A DNA stretch of 64,000 bases from Sphaerodactylus townsendi. Taxonomy: Eukaryota. A program made the translations under genes and the position numbers. This document shows, in pieces, positions 12,055 through 23,858 of the stretch (position 1 is the first letter of the stretch; each line of letters starts with the position of its first letter). Under the pieces are notes generated by a model. That model searched no databases and was not told the origin of the DNA. It was given only the letters and a program-made list of their open reading frames with translations. The stretch covers positions 32,736,001-32,800,000 of the forward strand of contig NC_059439.1 in NCBI RefSeq assembly GCF_021028975.2, given 5' to 3'.

Positions 12055-12341
12055 CGTGTTGTGGGCCAGGTGAAGGGAGTGCTGCCATTGGCTTATGGCG
12101 CTGTGATGTCACAGAAGTGTATGGCATCATCTCCTTATCTCATTAATAGGTCTGGTTGCAGTTCTCAAGAGATGATGTATGAGTGTTATTACACCACCAC
12201 AAATGTGGACATGCGTTCAGACTGATGTGGGTAATTAGTTTGCTTTTGCAGGGAGTCGAGAACCAAGATCTTTTATATAAAGAATAGCACGTTTCAGCAG
12301 GGGAAGGATGATTTAAAAGTGTAAAAAAACCTTCGTCGATA

Positions 12342-12980
12342 TGCCTCCACTAGAGGGTACCGGTGTTCTTGGGAGAAGAAAAATCCAAATTTTGTCTAAC
12401 TCTCAGAGAGCAAACAGAACGATATGCTCAATTTTGATAAGTGATTGATTATCTTCAAAGAAGAGGTCCCGTCCAAGTACCTATACGGACGAAGACATAG
12501 GACCGAGTGAAGAAGACATCGTTTAGTCACCTTGACTATGTTGTAGGGTGATGTGATATGTGTAGTATTGTAAGAGTCTAGGCTCTGATGTTGTTTGCAC
12601 TTTTCACTGGTTACACTTTATGTATTGCACTTTATATGTGGGCTTAGCGCAATTGATAAAGCAGCCGTTGATGCAGCGTGTTTGTTGTTTGTGGAGTTGT
12701 TAACGTTGCATCCATTGAGAAATTGATACATTGTATATGAGGGCTGTGTTTCGACCCAGGGGCTTCCTTGATAAATGGACCTGGTGTGGGTATTGGCAAT
12801 GGGATGCTGCCGGGCTACATTTCCCCGCTACGTATGGTACTACACTCTGGCACCCCTAAAGGCAGCGGCGAAGAACAAAACTCTTTGCCTCCACTAGAGG
12901 GTGCCAGTGTTCTTGGGAGAAGAAAAATCCAAATTTTGTGTAACTCTCAGAGAGCAAACAGAACGATATGCTCAATTTTG
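12342..12980. repeat. 95-bp direct repeat pair (12342-12436 and 12886-12980) flanking a patchwork insert
   Basis: tgcctccactagagggt...gatatgctcaattttg occurs twice with about 3 mismatches. Confidence 0.85.
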
Positions 12981-13149
12981 TAGCATTGAGCAGACATCCT
13001 AATCAAAAACCAGTCAGTTGGCTTAGTGCTGCATCAAATTGGGGAGCAAAGGTATGGTATTCAGGCTTTGTTAAAAGCAAGCTGGTGCGTCCAACTGCCT
13101 TTCCTTTAGGGTTCCTCCTTGCTAAAGAGGCAAACTTTGAACCCCCGCA

Positions 13150-13540
13150 CAGAGGTGGGATCCAGCAGGTTCTCACAGGTTCCCAAGAGTAGGCTACTAA
13201 TTATTTGTGTGTGCCGAGAGGGGGTGACTAATTGGTGATTTTGCCATGTGATTTTTGCTTTAGTTACGCCCCTCCTCTCAGCAGTAGCGTGCAGAACTTG
13301 AAGCAGTCTAGCAGGAGGTGAACCGGCGTGCGTGGCAGCCTGCGCCTGCGTGCACTCGTTTCCCGCCCAAGGACCAGTGCAGCGGCTGCGTCCTTGCCAC
13401 AGCCCCGCCCAGGAATGCCCCGCCCCCAGAATGCCCGACCATGCCCTGTCGTGCCCCGCCCAGCCCCATTGGCGCTACGCTACAGTTTGAATCCCACCAC
13501 CATGGGAACCTGTTACTAAAATTTTTGGATCCCACCACTG
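13150..13540. mobile_element. hAT MITE (cagaggtgggatcc...ggatcccaccactg family)
   Basis: TIRs plus 8-bp TSD cccccgca; relatives at 21404, 24605, 41954, 52573. Confidence 0.85.
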
Positions 13541-13616
13541 CCCCCGCAACATGCTAGTGTATTTTTCCATGGTTCACTGGGTCAGTTTCACCCTCTTTCT
13601 CTCTCTCTCTCTCCAG

Positions 13617-13770
13617 TCAAGGTGACTCTGCTCCGCTCTCGGCCTCCCTTCTCGCCGACTGGCTGGAAGTCCATCGCATGAACCCGGCCGACATGGAGTC
13701 CCTCCAACAGGAACTGCAGCTGGGCTCTCCCATGATCCTCTCCGACATTCCCGACCTTCAGGACGCATGA
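13617..13770 (+). CDS. MAPK7: MAPK7 last coding exon (transactivation domain end)
   Basis: (CT)n ccag|T CAA GGT; QGDSAPLSASLLADWLEVHRMNPADMESLQQELQLGSPMILSDIPDLQDA, TGA 13768-13770. Confidence 0.95.
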
Positions 13771-14518
13771 AACGTCTGCCTTCTCCCTCTCTCTCTCTAA
13801 CTTGGTCGGCCGCCCCCAAAGGCCACGCCCACTTGTCTGTCTGTTGACCTTCCTGTGTACTCTGGCTGGGAGCTTCACCACTGTGCCTGCTGTCTTATAT
13901 CTAAAAGGAAGACCCAGGTCAGGCCTGGTGATTGTTTTGGGCTGGAGGCCTTAAAACAAAGTTTGAGAGGCCCTCTCTACCACTGGGTAATCCCGGGTCT
14001 GTGGGTTGTGGGAAACGGAATCTGCGCCGCTCACTAGTCACCACTGTCATGACGCTAGGGGGCTTCTTCTCACGCTCACTGTGGGACGGGCGTCCGTTGA
14101 CTCCTTCCGGACCCTCACTGTGTTTCCTCACCCGCGTGGCCTGAAGCATGAACATTACTTGGACATGGAAAAGCGCATGCGTTGCCTTGACCCTTGACCT
14201 CACTTTGTCTGAGTAGGTTAGAGAATCGAACTCCTGAAAGCCGTTTGCCATTTTTTTGTGGGGAGGGTTTGTGTGACTGTTCTTCCGGGAAGCATTTGCA
14301 GCTCCCCCCCCCCCGCCTCCCCCAGTTCATGATGACCTCCTCGTAAATAGCGGGGGCCTGCCCAGACGAACAACACATGTTGACTTGAACAAACACTGAG
14401 AGATTTGTTGGGGAGTGGAGGGTGTTCAGATCTTTCTGTTACTTCAAATTGAGCCCCACCCACCCACCCAAATAATGCTTTTGAGTGCTGGTTGGTCGAT
14501 TGTTACATTTCTCTAGAA

Positions 14519-14667
14519 CAGGGGTCTTCAACCTGCGGCTCTCCAGATGTTCATGGACTACAAATCCCATCGGCCCCTGCCAGAATAGCCAATTGGCCAT
14601 GCTGGCAAGGCGCTGATGGGAATTGTAGTCCATGAACATCTGGAGAGCCGCAGGTTGAAGACCCCTG
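14519..14667. mobile_element. Palindromic hAT MITE in the probable MAPK7 3'UTR
   Basis: Near-perfect ~53-bp inverted arms, 8-bp TSD ctctagaa. Confidence 0.88.
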
Positions 14668-14937
14668 CTCTAGAAGAAGGCGAGTTGGATATTTTGCACA
14701 TATCTTGGGGGCATGCTGTCGACACTAGGGGGCGCCCCTGGTGCTGGGATATGTCTCAAACCCACCTCTGAAGAGCCGGAGGTCAGATCTGAAACTGGTT
14801 GACTGTTTTTGTTGTGTAGGGGTGTTTTTTTTTTTGTCTTTGTACAACTCCTTCCAGCTTTGGGTGCTGCTGTTGGTAGGGGTTAGACCGTATGGTGGAT
14901 TTCCCCCAAAGTGATGCTGTGTTACGATGGTTTTGCC

Positions 14938-14955
14938 ATTAAACTTTTTATTAAA
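14938..14955 (+). terminator. Candidate MAPK7 polyadenylation signals (two ATTAAA)
   Basis: attaaa at 14938 and 14950 with T/GT-rich sequence downstream. Confidence 0.5.
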
Positions 14956-15204
14956 ATGGTGATTTATATGTAAAAAAAGCCCAGAGCTGTTCTCTCTTTC
15001 TGTATCAGGTCTCCCAACGTTGGCTACGTGTTGTGGGGTGAGGGCAAGGGAGTCAGATAAGGCTCAAATAAAGGGATTATCTGCTTTAAATTTGTTCATT
15101 CCTGCAAGCAGTTCTTAACAGGGTCCGATTTCCCCAAGTTATGGTTTAGATCCGGGGGGGGGGGGGGGTTGTTATCATGCCATGATAAATCACATGAACT
15201 ATAA

Positions 15205-15646
15205 CAGTGATGGCGAACCTTTTTGAGACCGAGTGCCCAAATTGCAACCCAAACCCCACTTATTTATTGCAAAGTGCCAACTCGGCAATTTAACCTGAAT
15301 GCTGAGGTTTCAGTTTAGAAAAAACTGGTTGGCTCCCTCTTCCTCCGCCCCACACGTTCGAGCAGGGGCCAGCCTGCTCTAGCCTCCAGCAAGTCCTGCA
15401 TGCACCACTCTGTGCCTCTCCAGCATCTCTGCCTCCTCTGCGCCCCTCCCCCCCAGGTAGCAGCCACCCGGAGCACAGGCACCAGGCCTGCCAGCCGAGT
15501 CCTCCCTGCTCACCGCAGTGGGCACACATCGTGTTCAGTGACCCAGGCCAACCTAGATGTGTATGTGTGTGTGGGGGATTTTCCGCCCCCCACATGATGA
15601 ACTCTGTGTGCGTTCTGGCATCCGTGCCATAGGTTCGCCATCACTG
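15205..15646. mobile_element. hAT (Buster/Charlie-type) MITE, cagtgatggcgaacct family
   Basis: TIR cagtgatggcgaacct/aggttcgccatcactg, TSD aactataa. Confidence 0.88.
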
Positions 15647-16011
15647 AACTATAAGAACTGTAACAGGCTACACAGTAAGTAAACAGATGATGAAACCTGA
15701 GAATCAGTACTGCAAATACTACATCTGTAATTTAATAAATGCACACAGCGGTGAAAAGCCGCACGGTAAGTTCAACATATATTTCATGAAAATACAATTT
15801 CATGCGAGTAGACGAATAGCAACATTCAAAGTCCAAAGTGTTATGTCCAAGATGGACATGTTTTCTAAGAACTCCCATAAAGTTATAATTTCAGGTCTGT
15901 GCTTGGGGGGGGAGATGCAACATTTTTCTGGTTCAAAAATGAAAACTTGCCTTATAAGCTGGTTGGACCACTGGCCCAGGGGCCAGTAGTGGTCTTTCCC
16001 AGTCTCTATGA

Positions 16012-16246
16012 AGAAGAGTTTGTTTTTATACTTTTCTCTACCTTTTAAGGAGTCTCCAAGAGACTTACAATTGCCTTCCCTTCCTCTGCCCACAACAGAG
16101 ACCTTGTGAGGTAGGTGGGGCTGAGAGAGTTCAGAGAAATCTGATTGGCCCAAGGTCATTCAGTTGGCTGCAGGCGGAGGAGTGGAGAATCAAACCTGAT
16201 TCTCAAGATTAGAGTCTGCCACTCAGCCACCAAACTACACTGGCTC
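16012..16246 (-). mobile_element. Diverged tRNA-derived SINE
   Basis: Similar to the 6438 family core (gtgaggtaggtggggctgagaga...cccaaggtca). Confidence 0.7.
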
Positions 16247-17261
16247 TCTATGTAAGATCTGCATTTGTGGTTTTTCCCACTGCCCCCACCATGGCAAAGG
16301 ATGGGGTGAGAAATGGGAAGGAGTGACTTGGAGCTGACTTTTGATTCCCTTGATGGCCACTGCGGTTGTATTTTTCAAGCAACTTTGGGTTGCCATGGAT
16401 ACTCAAAAGTTCCAACAAACTTTGTATTTTACTGTTAGCATATGCACACATGTTGCTGTTCAAACTTCAGTTTTGTATCCCAAACAAATTTTTCTGTAAA
16501 TATGGACTTCTCCTAGCCAGGACTGGCCCCGTTGTTTGGTTTTACCTATCTGCAAGGTAACCAGATATACAAATACCAAAGCACTGACGTATCTACTGCT
16601 ATCAAATCTTACGGTCTGGTCCTTGATAGGTGATTCTCTTTGTTCCTTTCGTTAGCATGTTAGCAGAAGTTATTTTTGTGCGGGTGTCAAAAGATCTTTT
16701 AAACAACGTTACACAACGAAATCCAGGGTGTGGCAGCATTACACAACTGACGCTGTGCAGACGGAGGTGAAGGGAGGGCTTGTAGCTCAAACGTGACACA
16801 GAGTTTTCTAGATCTTTCTACTGCATTGAGTGTGGAGGACGAGCGAATTTGCAGACCCGCAGAAACCCGCTGTCCATGACATGCACTGACCTGCGTTGGA
16901 CCCATTTCCTGTGTGGGTGACTCACCCCCTGAGTCAACAACATTAATTCCTAGAGGGGCCAGGTAAATGGGATTTTGAAATTGGTGCAAGATAGGAAGTC
17001 CAGCCCACTGTTTCACAACAAAAGCCCAACTTAATTAGGGGAGATGCCGCTTTTAAGGATGAGTCATAAGTCAGAAACCTCCCCCACCCCCACCCCGTAA
17101 AACCTTTGCCCAGAATTTATTAAAACAATTGAGAGGTCGAAAAATAGAGGGAAAGGCTAATGCCGTTTCTCACTTTCAGTAGAGTTCTTATGCTATAATT
17201 CACCAGCCTTGACTCCCATCCCAGAAATCAGGCCAGATTTTAAACTGTGAAGCTACTGTTT

Positions 17262-17860
17262 CAACAACAACAACAACAAAGAACCTTTATTGGCATAACA
17301 ACATTATATACACAGATCCACTTAACCAAGTAGAGGGAAACTAAAATAAATGTACAGGTAGAGAAGGCTGATGTTCAGGATTTGCTCCTAAAGCGCTGTT
17401 TTATATACAAATCCAAAAATTTGGTGACTGCATCATTTGCATCACTACTGGGGCTGTCCAACAGAAAGGCAATCTTTTGCAAGTCAGATGCATACTCTTT
17501 TTTGAGTAGCAGGGGTGACAAGTATTTGACTCTGGGTACTGTGTAAAGTGGACAATAAAGTAAAATATGGTCTATAGAGTCAACACAATTCCCGTTGCAT
17601 ATGCATAGCCTTTGACGGTAAGGGGTTTTAGTGAATCTCCCTGTTGATACGACTGATGGAAGGGCATTGCAACGGGCCAAAATAATTGCTCTACGGAGCC
17701 TGGGCATGGTTATCTGGTGCAGGTATTGAGCTACTGTTTCTCTTTGGCAGATTCTAATCAAAATATTTACACTCCTTATCACCTGGCGAACGTTGGCTTT
17801 CAGTTGCCTCCTCTTGTGGCAATTCTTCATTGACAAGATGACTGTCACCACTGGGGACAA
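17262..17860 (-). mobile_element. Non-LTR retrotransposon 3' end (RTEX-like)
   Basis: RRAIILARCNALPS..GRF..RLCICNGNCVDSIDHILLYCPLY; aataaagg and (TTG)n tail; 5' boundary approximate. Confidence 0.7.
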
Positions 17861-18196
17861 CTCTAGGTCAGCTACGCCTTACAGAACTTTCAAAAACCCT
17901 GGACCTATGGGGAAGAAAATCCTAGTTTGGACAAACCGAGGTGGATCAACCCATCTCCCAAATAGCCTACCTCCAACCTAAGGAGTTTTCCGCCAACCTA
18001 AGTGGCCGTTCCACCAATAGAGAAGCTACTCAAGTTGGAACACAGCTTTGAACTTGAGCCAAAGAACGTCCGGGATATAAATATATGAAAAAATATATCA
18101 ATGAACAGACTTTTCTCAGTGGAGGGGTGCGATAGGTATAAGATCCACCCAACAATAGATTTCCTGCCCTTCCCCCCCCCTCTAGCCCTACTGTGG

Positions 18197-18397
18197 TCCT
18201 CCTTGATCTGAGATTGCAAAGGCCTTAGCAGACCAGGTGCTCAGGAGAAGCAGCAGCAGCAGCAGCAGCAGGAGGTAATTGCTTTCACATCCTGCATGTG
18301 AGCTCCCAAAGGCACCTGGTGGGCCACTGCGAGTAGCAGAGTGCTGGACTAGATCGACTCTGGCCTGATCCAGCTGGCTCTTCCTTATGTTCTTATG
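18197..18397 (+). mobile_element. CR1 3'UTR fragment
   Basis: Matches 8853-9080 including the ttcttatg tail. Confidence 0.75.
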
Positions 18398-19655
18398 TGG
18401 TGCAGTGGTTAAGGTGTTGGACTAGAATCTGGCAAACGCAGTTTCAAATTCCCACCCTACCATGGAACCTTGCTGAGTGATGTTGAACTAGTCATCCCCT
18501 CTCAGCCTCGACCCTGGCAACCATTTGGATAGGAGGCCTCCAAGAAATACCTCCGGCATGATGCGGAGGAAGACAATGGCCTCTGACTCTCTCTTGCCTG
18601 CTAGATGACTTCGCATTCTCAGATTGCTTTTTTTCTTGTTGCTCCAGATCAGAAGATTGTGGTTCCAGATCATAGCCGGGGAGAGAGTCAAAGGAAGGTT
18701 ATGCAACGTCCCCTTATCACCAGCAGCAACTCCTTCCCATTTAGCACAAGGGAGAGAGCCCTTGGATCCTGTAGCCCGTAGGTGTCAAACTCGCGACCCT
18801 CCAGATGTTATGGACTACAGTTCCCATTATCCCCTGCCAGCAGGGGATTCTTCTGTTAGACCTTATCAATCATAACTGGTTTGGAGCTCTTGAACAGCAA
18901 ATTGCCTCTACCTGTGTTCAGGTGATGTGGTCATCTGGGAGGTGGCCGTCATCACGTGCTTATGATGGCATAAGTGATACATGCAAACATTCGTAAGAGA
19001 GAGGTGGGCTTTTATTTTATGTATTCCAGATTTATATCCCGCCCTATCCCTGCAGGGCAGGGGCGTTGTGGGAAATAAAAGAGACCCAGACATCAGAACG
19101 ATTGACCGGAGCCCCAGACTGACGTTTGCAGCCTAACTCGGAGAGTGTCTTCATCTGTAGTCTGACAAATTCCAGCAGCTGTGTTGAGACTTGTGCTGTC
19201 TGGGCAGGGCTGACCGAAAACAAGTGTGGGAGAGGATTGCAGAAGGAGAGACGGGAGGACGGCGGAAATTCCTACAGAGTAGAACAGAAGCTGGAGAGAA
19301 GTGGATCGGCGGTCGAGCGAGCAAATGGCATAACTGCTACGAAGGCTTAGGAACAAAAAGACACGGGCAAAGTAGAAGGATAAAAAACCTGAATAGTACT
19401 GGAGCTGTCGTTCTGAGTAGCTAGAACTTAGCAGCAAGGTGCGAAGTGACCCAAGAAGTAGAATTGTGCAGAGAGAAAGCGGCACAAACTAGGAGCAGAG
19501 ATACAGAACTTGAACAGGAGGGGAAACGCAGACCATTATGGAATGCTGAATACAACGGGAACTGCAAAATTGAAAGGGTAAGAGAGAAGCATCAAACATA
19601 ACCAGACTGAGAGAAGATTTGAAGCCCTCCTGTTGCTCTCTCTTCTTTTTCCTCC

Positions 19656-20084
19656 ATGGCGGTCCCAATTGGAGTGGAGGACTTGGCACAAGACCTGAGC
19701 TGCTCCATCTGCTTGGAGCTCTTTTCCGATCCCGTCATCCTGGAGTGTGGGCACAACTTCTGCCAGGCCTGCATCACACGCTACTGGGAAGAAATCCCCG
19801 CCGACGGCGGGGAAGACGCGCCCCTGCCCACCTGCCCGGAGTGCCGCTGCGAGATACCCGGGGGCAAGTTCACGGCTAACAGGGTGCTGGGGCAGCTGGC
19901 GCAGAAGGCGATGGAGTCCCTCTCGGCCCACAACAGCGACGAAGACGCTGAACTGGAAAAGGACGAGGAAGTGGAAGGAGACCTAATCTTCTGTCTAGAA
20001 GACGGCTGTCTGGCAAGGGTCTTGCAACCGGAACACTGGGGGCACCAGTGTCTTCCTCCGGATGAGGCTGTAGAGCACTATAAG
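19656..20084 (+). CDS. TRIM69/A33/XNF7-like TRIM E3 ligase, exon 1 (RING plus degenerate B-box)
   Basis: ccATGG context; C3HC4 RING CSIC..CGHNFCQAC..CPEC; HYK|gtcagt, 429 nt, phase 0. Six exons splice in frame to 485 aa. Confidence 0.92.
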
Positions 20085-20264
20085 GTCAGTAGGGGTCAGT
20101 GTCTTATACTGGGCTTGATGGTTAATTCACTTGGTCAGGTCATTGTTAGTGCTGGGCGTAGTGCTGTAAATGGACGCTAGAGGGCACCCTTCTGCCTGCG
20201 GGGATAAGGGCAGGATATAAATTCAATAAAATAAAATAATAAAATAAATAAATTGACTTCAATG

Positions 20265-20557
20265 TATTATTGAAGACTTTCACGGGTGGATTCAACTGGT
20301 TGTGGTGGGTTTTCCAGGCTGTGTGGCCGTGGTCTGGTAGATCTTGTTCCTAAAGTTTTGCCTGCATCTGTGACTGGCATCTTCAGAGGTGTATCACAGA
20401 GGGAAGTCTGTGACACACTGCATCCAGTGTATCACAGAGGGAAGTCTGACTTCCCTCTGTGATACACCTCTGAAGATGCCAGCCACAGATGCAGGCGAAA
20501 TGTTAGGAACAAGATCTACCAGACCACGGCCACGCGGCCTGGAAAACCCACCACAAC
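20265..20557. mobile_element. Penelope-like fold-back insertion with hammerhead motifs
   Basis: ~20299-20408 inverted at ~20448-20557; + motif cct-ctgaaga-t-gcc..ggc-gaaa-t-gtt-agg at 20467-20507; mirror motif has GAAA changed to AAAA. Confidence 0.75.
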
Positions 20558-20892
20558 AAATTGACATCAGTTTTTCTACTACAATTGGAAGAGAGAGCTC
20601 TGAGTCCCAGGAAGCTTGTAGCCTGCCCCTGAATTTAAATAATGCATCTCAGCAAAGCAGAAGTGTATCAAGGGGACACATTGGCTCCCGGGTGTAACAC
20701 CTCCTCTGGGTGGCCCCCCGAGCAGGGGGTGGGGTTTGGTGGCATGCGGCTGGGGCATCACGTGGGCGCCCTTCCATAGGTCATACGCCTGTGCAGCAAA
20801 GTCAGCAGAGTTGTTAAAAGCTTGCATTAAAGAAAAAAGTAACAGCAAATCCAAGTCATGCTGATATGCCTTGGAAAATAGTGGATAATTGG

Positions 20893-20896
20893 TTTT

Positions 20897-20961
<65 letters not shown>

Positions 20962-21016
20962 TAACTTACTAACTTACTAACTTACTAACTTACTAACTTA
21001 ACTTAACTTAACTTAA
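20893..21016. repeat. Compound microsatellite (TTTA)n-(TTA)n-(CTAACTTA)n-(ACTTA)n
   Basis: Read directly; abuts a short L2/SINE-type 3' end on the minus strand. Confidence 0.9.
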
Positions 21017-21403
21017 TAAACCGCCCCATCCCTGAAGGGCTCACAGTGTGTCACAGACTTCCCTCTGTGATACACCTCTGAAGATGCCAGCCACAGATGC
21101 AGGCGAATGCAGTTGCTTGTATGTTGCTATTTCAACTGACCATGAAACCCTTCAGCAAAACACGGAGAACAAAAACACTTTGTCTCCATTAGAGGATACA
21201 GGATGTGATTCTCTGCTCCCCAGTTAAAAAGTGGGCGAACCGTATCTGTGAACTGTATTGCTATTGCGTAGTTGTTTGGGATGACGACAGTTTGTAGAGT
21301 TGCGAATGCTCAGGTGGGGCCTCGAGTTTTGCAATTCCAACTTGCTCTCCAGCCTGCAGCAATCGGTTCGCCTGGAGAAAACGGCAGCTTTCGGAGGGCA
21401 GAC

Positions 21404-21979
21404 TAGAGGTGGGATCCAGCAGGTCCTCACCAGTTCCTGAGAGTGGGTCACCAATTATTTGTGTGTGCCGAGAGGGGGTTACTAATTGGGTCTGCTTTTC
21501 CGTTAGAAATTCCATTAGGTCCAAAAATCATAAAGTCCTGTTGTTTCCTATGTGGCTGGTTAGCGAAGGTAGAAAACGGGATACTTCTCCCTGTCGGGCT
21601 GTTTTAAAAACATGTTTTAGAAATATGGGAAAGTTCCTTGTTTAAGGAAAGTATCCTTCTTTTGGTTTCTAGAAACCAAATTTGAAAGTTTTTGAAAGTT
21701 TTAAGTATTTGACAGGCAGTCAATTAGAGGAGAAGTAGTTGTTTCTGTTGGCAGTAGACGATAGGACTTGCTATAATGAGTTTAAATTATGGACAGAAAG
21801 ATACCAGCTGGAAATTAGGAGCTTTTTTTTTACAGTAAGAGTTTTTTACAGTAACAGAGAAATTATTAATGCCCGGCCACGCCCCCGTCGTGCCCGGCCA
21901 CGCCCCATTGGTGCTACGCCACTGCTTGAATCCCACCACCATGGGAACCTGTTATTAAATTTTTTGGATCCCACCACTG
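21404..21979. mobile_element. hAT MITE (long variant of the 13150 family)
   Basis: Same termini; TSD gggcagac. Confidence 0.85.
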
Positions 21980-22999
21980 GGGCAGACTGCAAGGCATGCC
22001 ACATCTTTTGGGTGAACTCCCCCCTTTCCACAGGCCCTGCCTTCAAATCTCCAGGACTTTCTCAGGCCAGAGTTGGTAACCTAAATTTGAGTGGGAAAGA
22101 ACTTGGAATTTAGTAAACATTGCCCTCCCGATTCAGGTTAAAGCTGCGTTCGACAGAAGGCAGCTTATAATAGAAATGAGCAAGCTGGGCTTCTAGAAAT
22201 TTACCAAGGAAGAAGGGTGAATTCAGACCTGATGTTGGATCCGTCCGGCTCTTTCACTTGGAATTGCTCAGCTTTTCTTCTGACAACCCTGATTCCACAT
22301 GGCTTTTGGCCATGCAGTTCTCATGATGGCCATCGCAGACTTTTGGCCAGAGTGGTTCCTTGTTTCTCTTTCACTAGCAATACCCCCCTCCCCATGAATT
22401 CAACCCAAGTCTAGTTTTGTTTGGTTGGGGGTTTTTTTTGCTGCTAAGGTCACCAAGCCGCCCTGAGTCCTCTAGGAGATTTGGCGGGGTAAAAGTGCAA
22501 CAAATAAATAAATCTAGATGGTCCAACCTAGCCTGATATTGTTAGATCTCAGAAGCCAAGAAGGTTTGGCCCTGGACAGTATTTGGAGGGGAGACTGCCA
22601 TGTAATTACAAGATCGTTACGCAGAGGCGTGTAATTATGAGATCGTTATGGCAAACCACATCTGTTGATCTCTTGCCTCGTAAACCCTACTGCCATAAGT
22701 TGGCTGCAACTTGACAGCTCTTCACACACACACACACACACACACACACCCACGAGTCATCATCTTTTGCGCTATTCAGAGACCGCTCGCATCCCATTTG
22801 CCTACTAGAAAGTCACTGAGATGATGGGGTCTTTGTTGACCAATGTAAATCACTTGATTCTACCACTTGAGACCCCGGCAGCACGGACCTAGGAAGAGCC
22901 TGCGGGATCTGGCAGAAAGGTCAGCAGCTTCTTTTCCCGCGGCGGCCATCCAGACGTCTCTCAATCCTGCCTCTCTGTGTTGTTTGATTTTCCATCCAG

Positions 23000-23095
23000 G
23001 AGATCTTGACGGCGTCTCAAGCGCAGCTGGAGTCCAGAGCCCAGGCGGCAAAGTCGTTGCAGGAGACGAGTGCCCAGAAAGTCGCCGAAATCACG
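23000..23095 (+). CDS. TRIM exon 2 (coiled coil, 96 bp)
   Basis: tccag|EILTASQAQLESRAQAAKSLQETSAQKVAEIT|gtgagt; 96 bp is the usual size for this TRIM exon. Confidence 0.9.
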
Positions 23096-23270
23096 GTGAG
23101 TCCAGCCCTCTTGTCTATGTGTCTGTCTTAGTGGGGGGCTTCCTCCAGCTCTTTCATTAGACACGCATGCATTCCACTAGGGGTGCTGACCTCTTGGTGG
23201 GATCTGGAAACCCCTAGAATTACAAATGGTCAGGTTGCGAGGGAGGGAGGGAGGAGGGCTTTTAGTGCTT

Positions 23271-23488
23271 GGAGCAGCAGTGGCGTAGGAGGTTAAGAGC
23301 TCGTGTATCTAATCTGGGGAATTCAGATTAGTCTGTACACTCCCACACACGCCAGCTGGGTGACCTTGGGCTAGTCACAGCTTCTCGGAGCTCTCTCAGC
23401 CCCACCTACCTCGCAGGGTGTTTGTTGTGAGGGGGGAAGGGCAAGGAGATTGTCAGCCCCTTTGAGTCTCCTGCAGGAGAGAAAGGGG
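23271..23488 (+). mobile_element. tRNA-derived SINE running into a gap
   Basis: 6438 family with an internal deletion. Confidence 0.8.
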
Positions 23489-23734
23489 NNNNNNNNNNNN
23501 NNNNNNNNNNNNNNNNNNNNNNNNNNNNNNNNNNNNNNNNNNNNNNNNNNNNNNNNNNNNNNNNNNNNNNNNNNNNNNNNNNNNNNNNNNNNNNNNNNNN
23601 NNNNNNNNNNNNNNNNNNNNNNNNNNNNNNNNNNNNNNNNNNNNNNNNNNNNNNNNNNNNNNNNNNNNNNNNNNNNNNNNNNNNNNNNNNNNNNNNNNNN
23701 NNNNNNNNNNNNNNNNNNNNNNNNNNNNNNNNNN
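23489..23734. other. Assembly gap (246 N)
   Basis: Run of N. Confidence 1.
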
Positions 23735-23858
23735 CTGTAGATATGCTGCTAGAACCGAGTAAAGCTTTAAGTTAATTATGCAGCCCAATATTCCATTTAT
23801 GTTTAGCTAAATTTGAACCCATATTGTTAAAGCGAGACAGATAAATATTTGCTAGCAG

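Noticed and set aside
13308-13557. Recurrent ORFs such as MVGSKNFSNRFPWWWDS (also near 21846, 24719, 41854) as a small gene family
   Set aside because: All are translations of the same hAT MITE
19093-19655. Purine-rich ORFs upstream of the TRIM ATG
   Set aside because: No recognisable homology and stops in the TRIM frame; probably 5'UTR or promoter, not supportable as CDS
23450-23788. ORFs spanning X runs (also 26455-26679)
   Set aside because: Artefacts of N gaps
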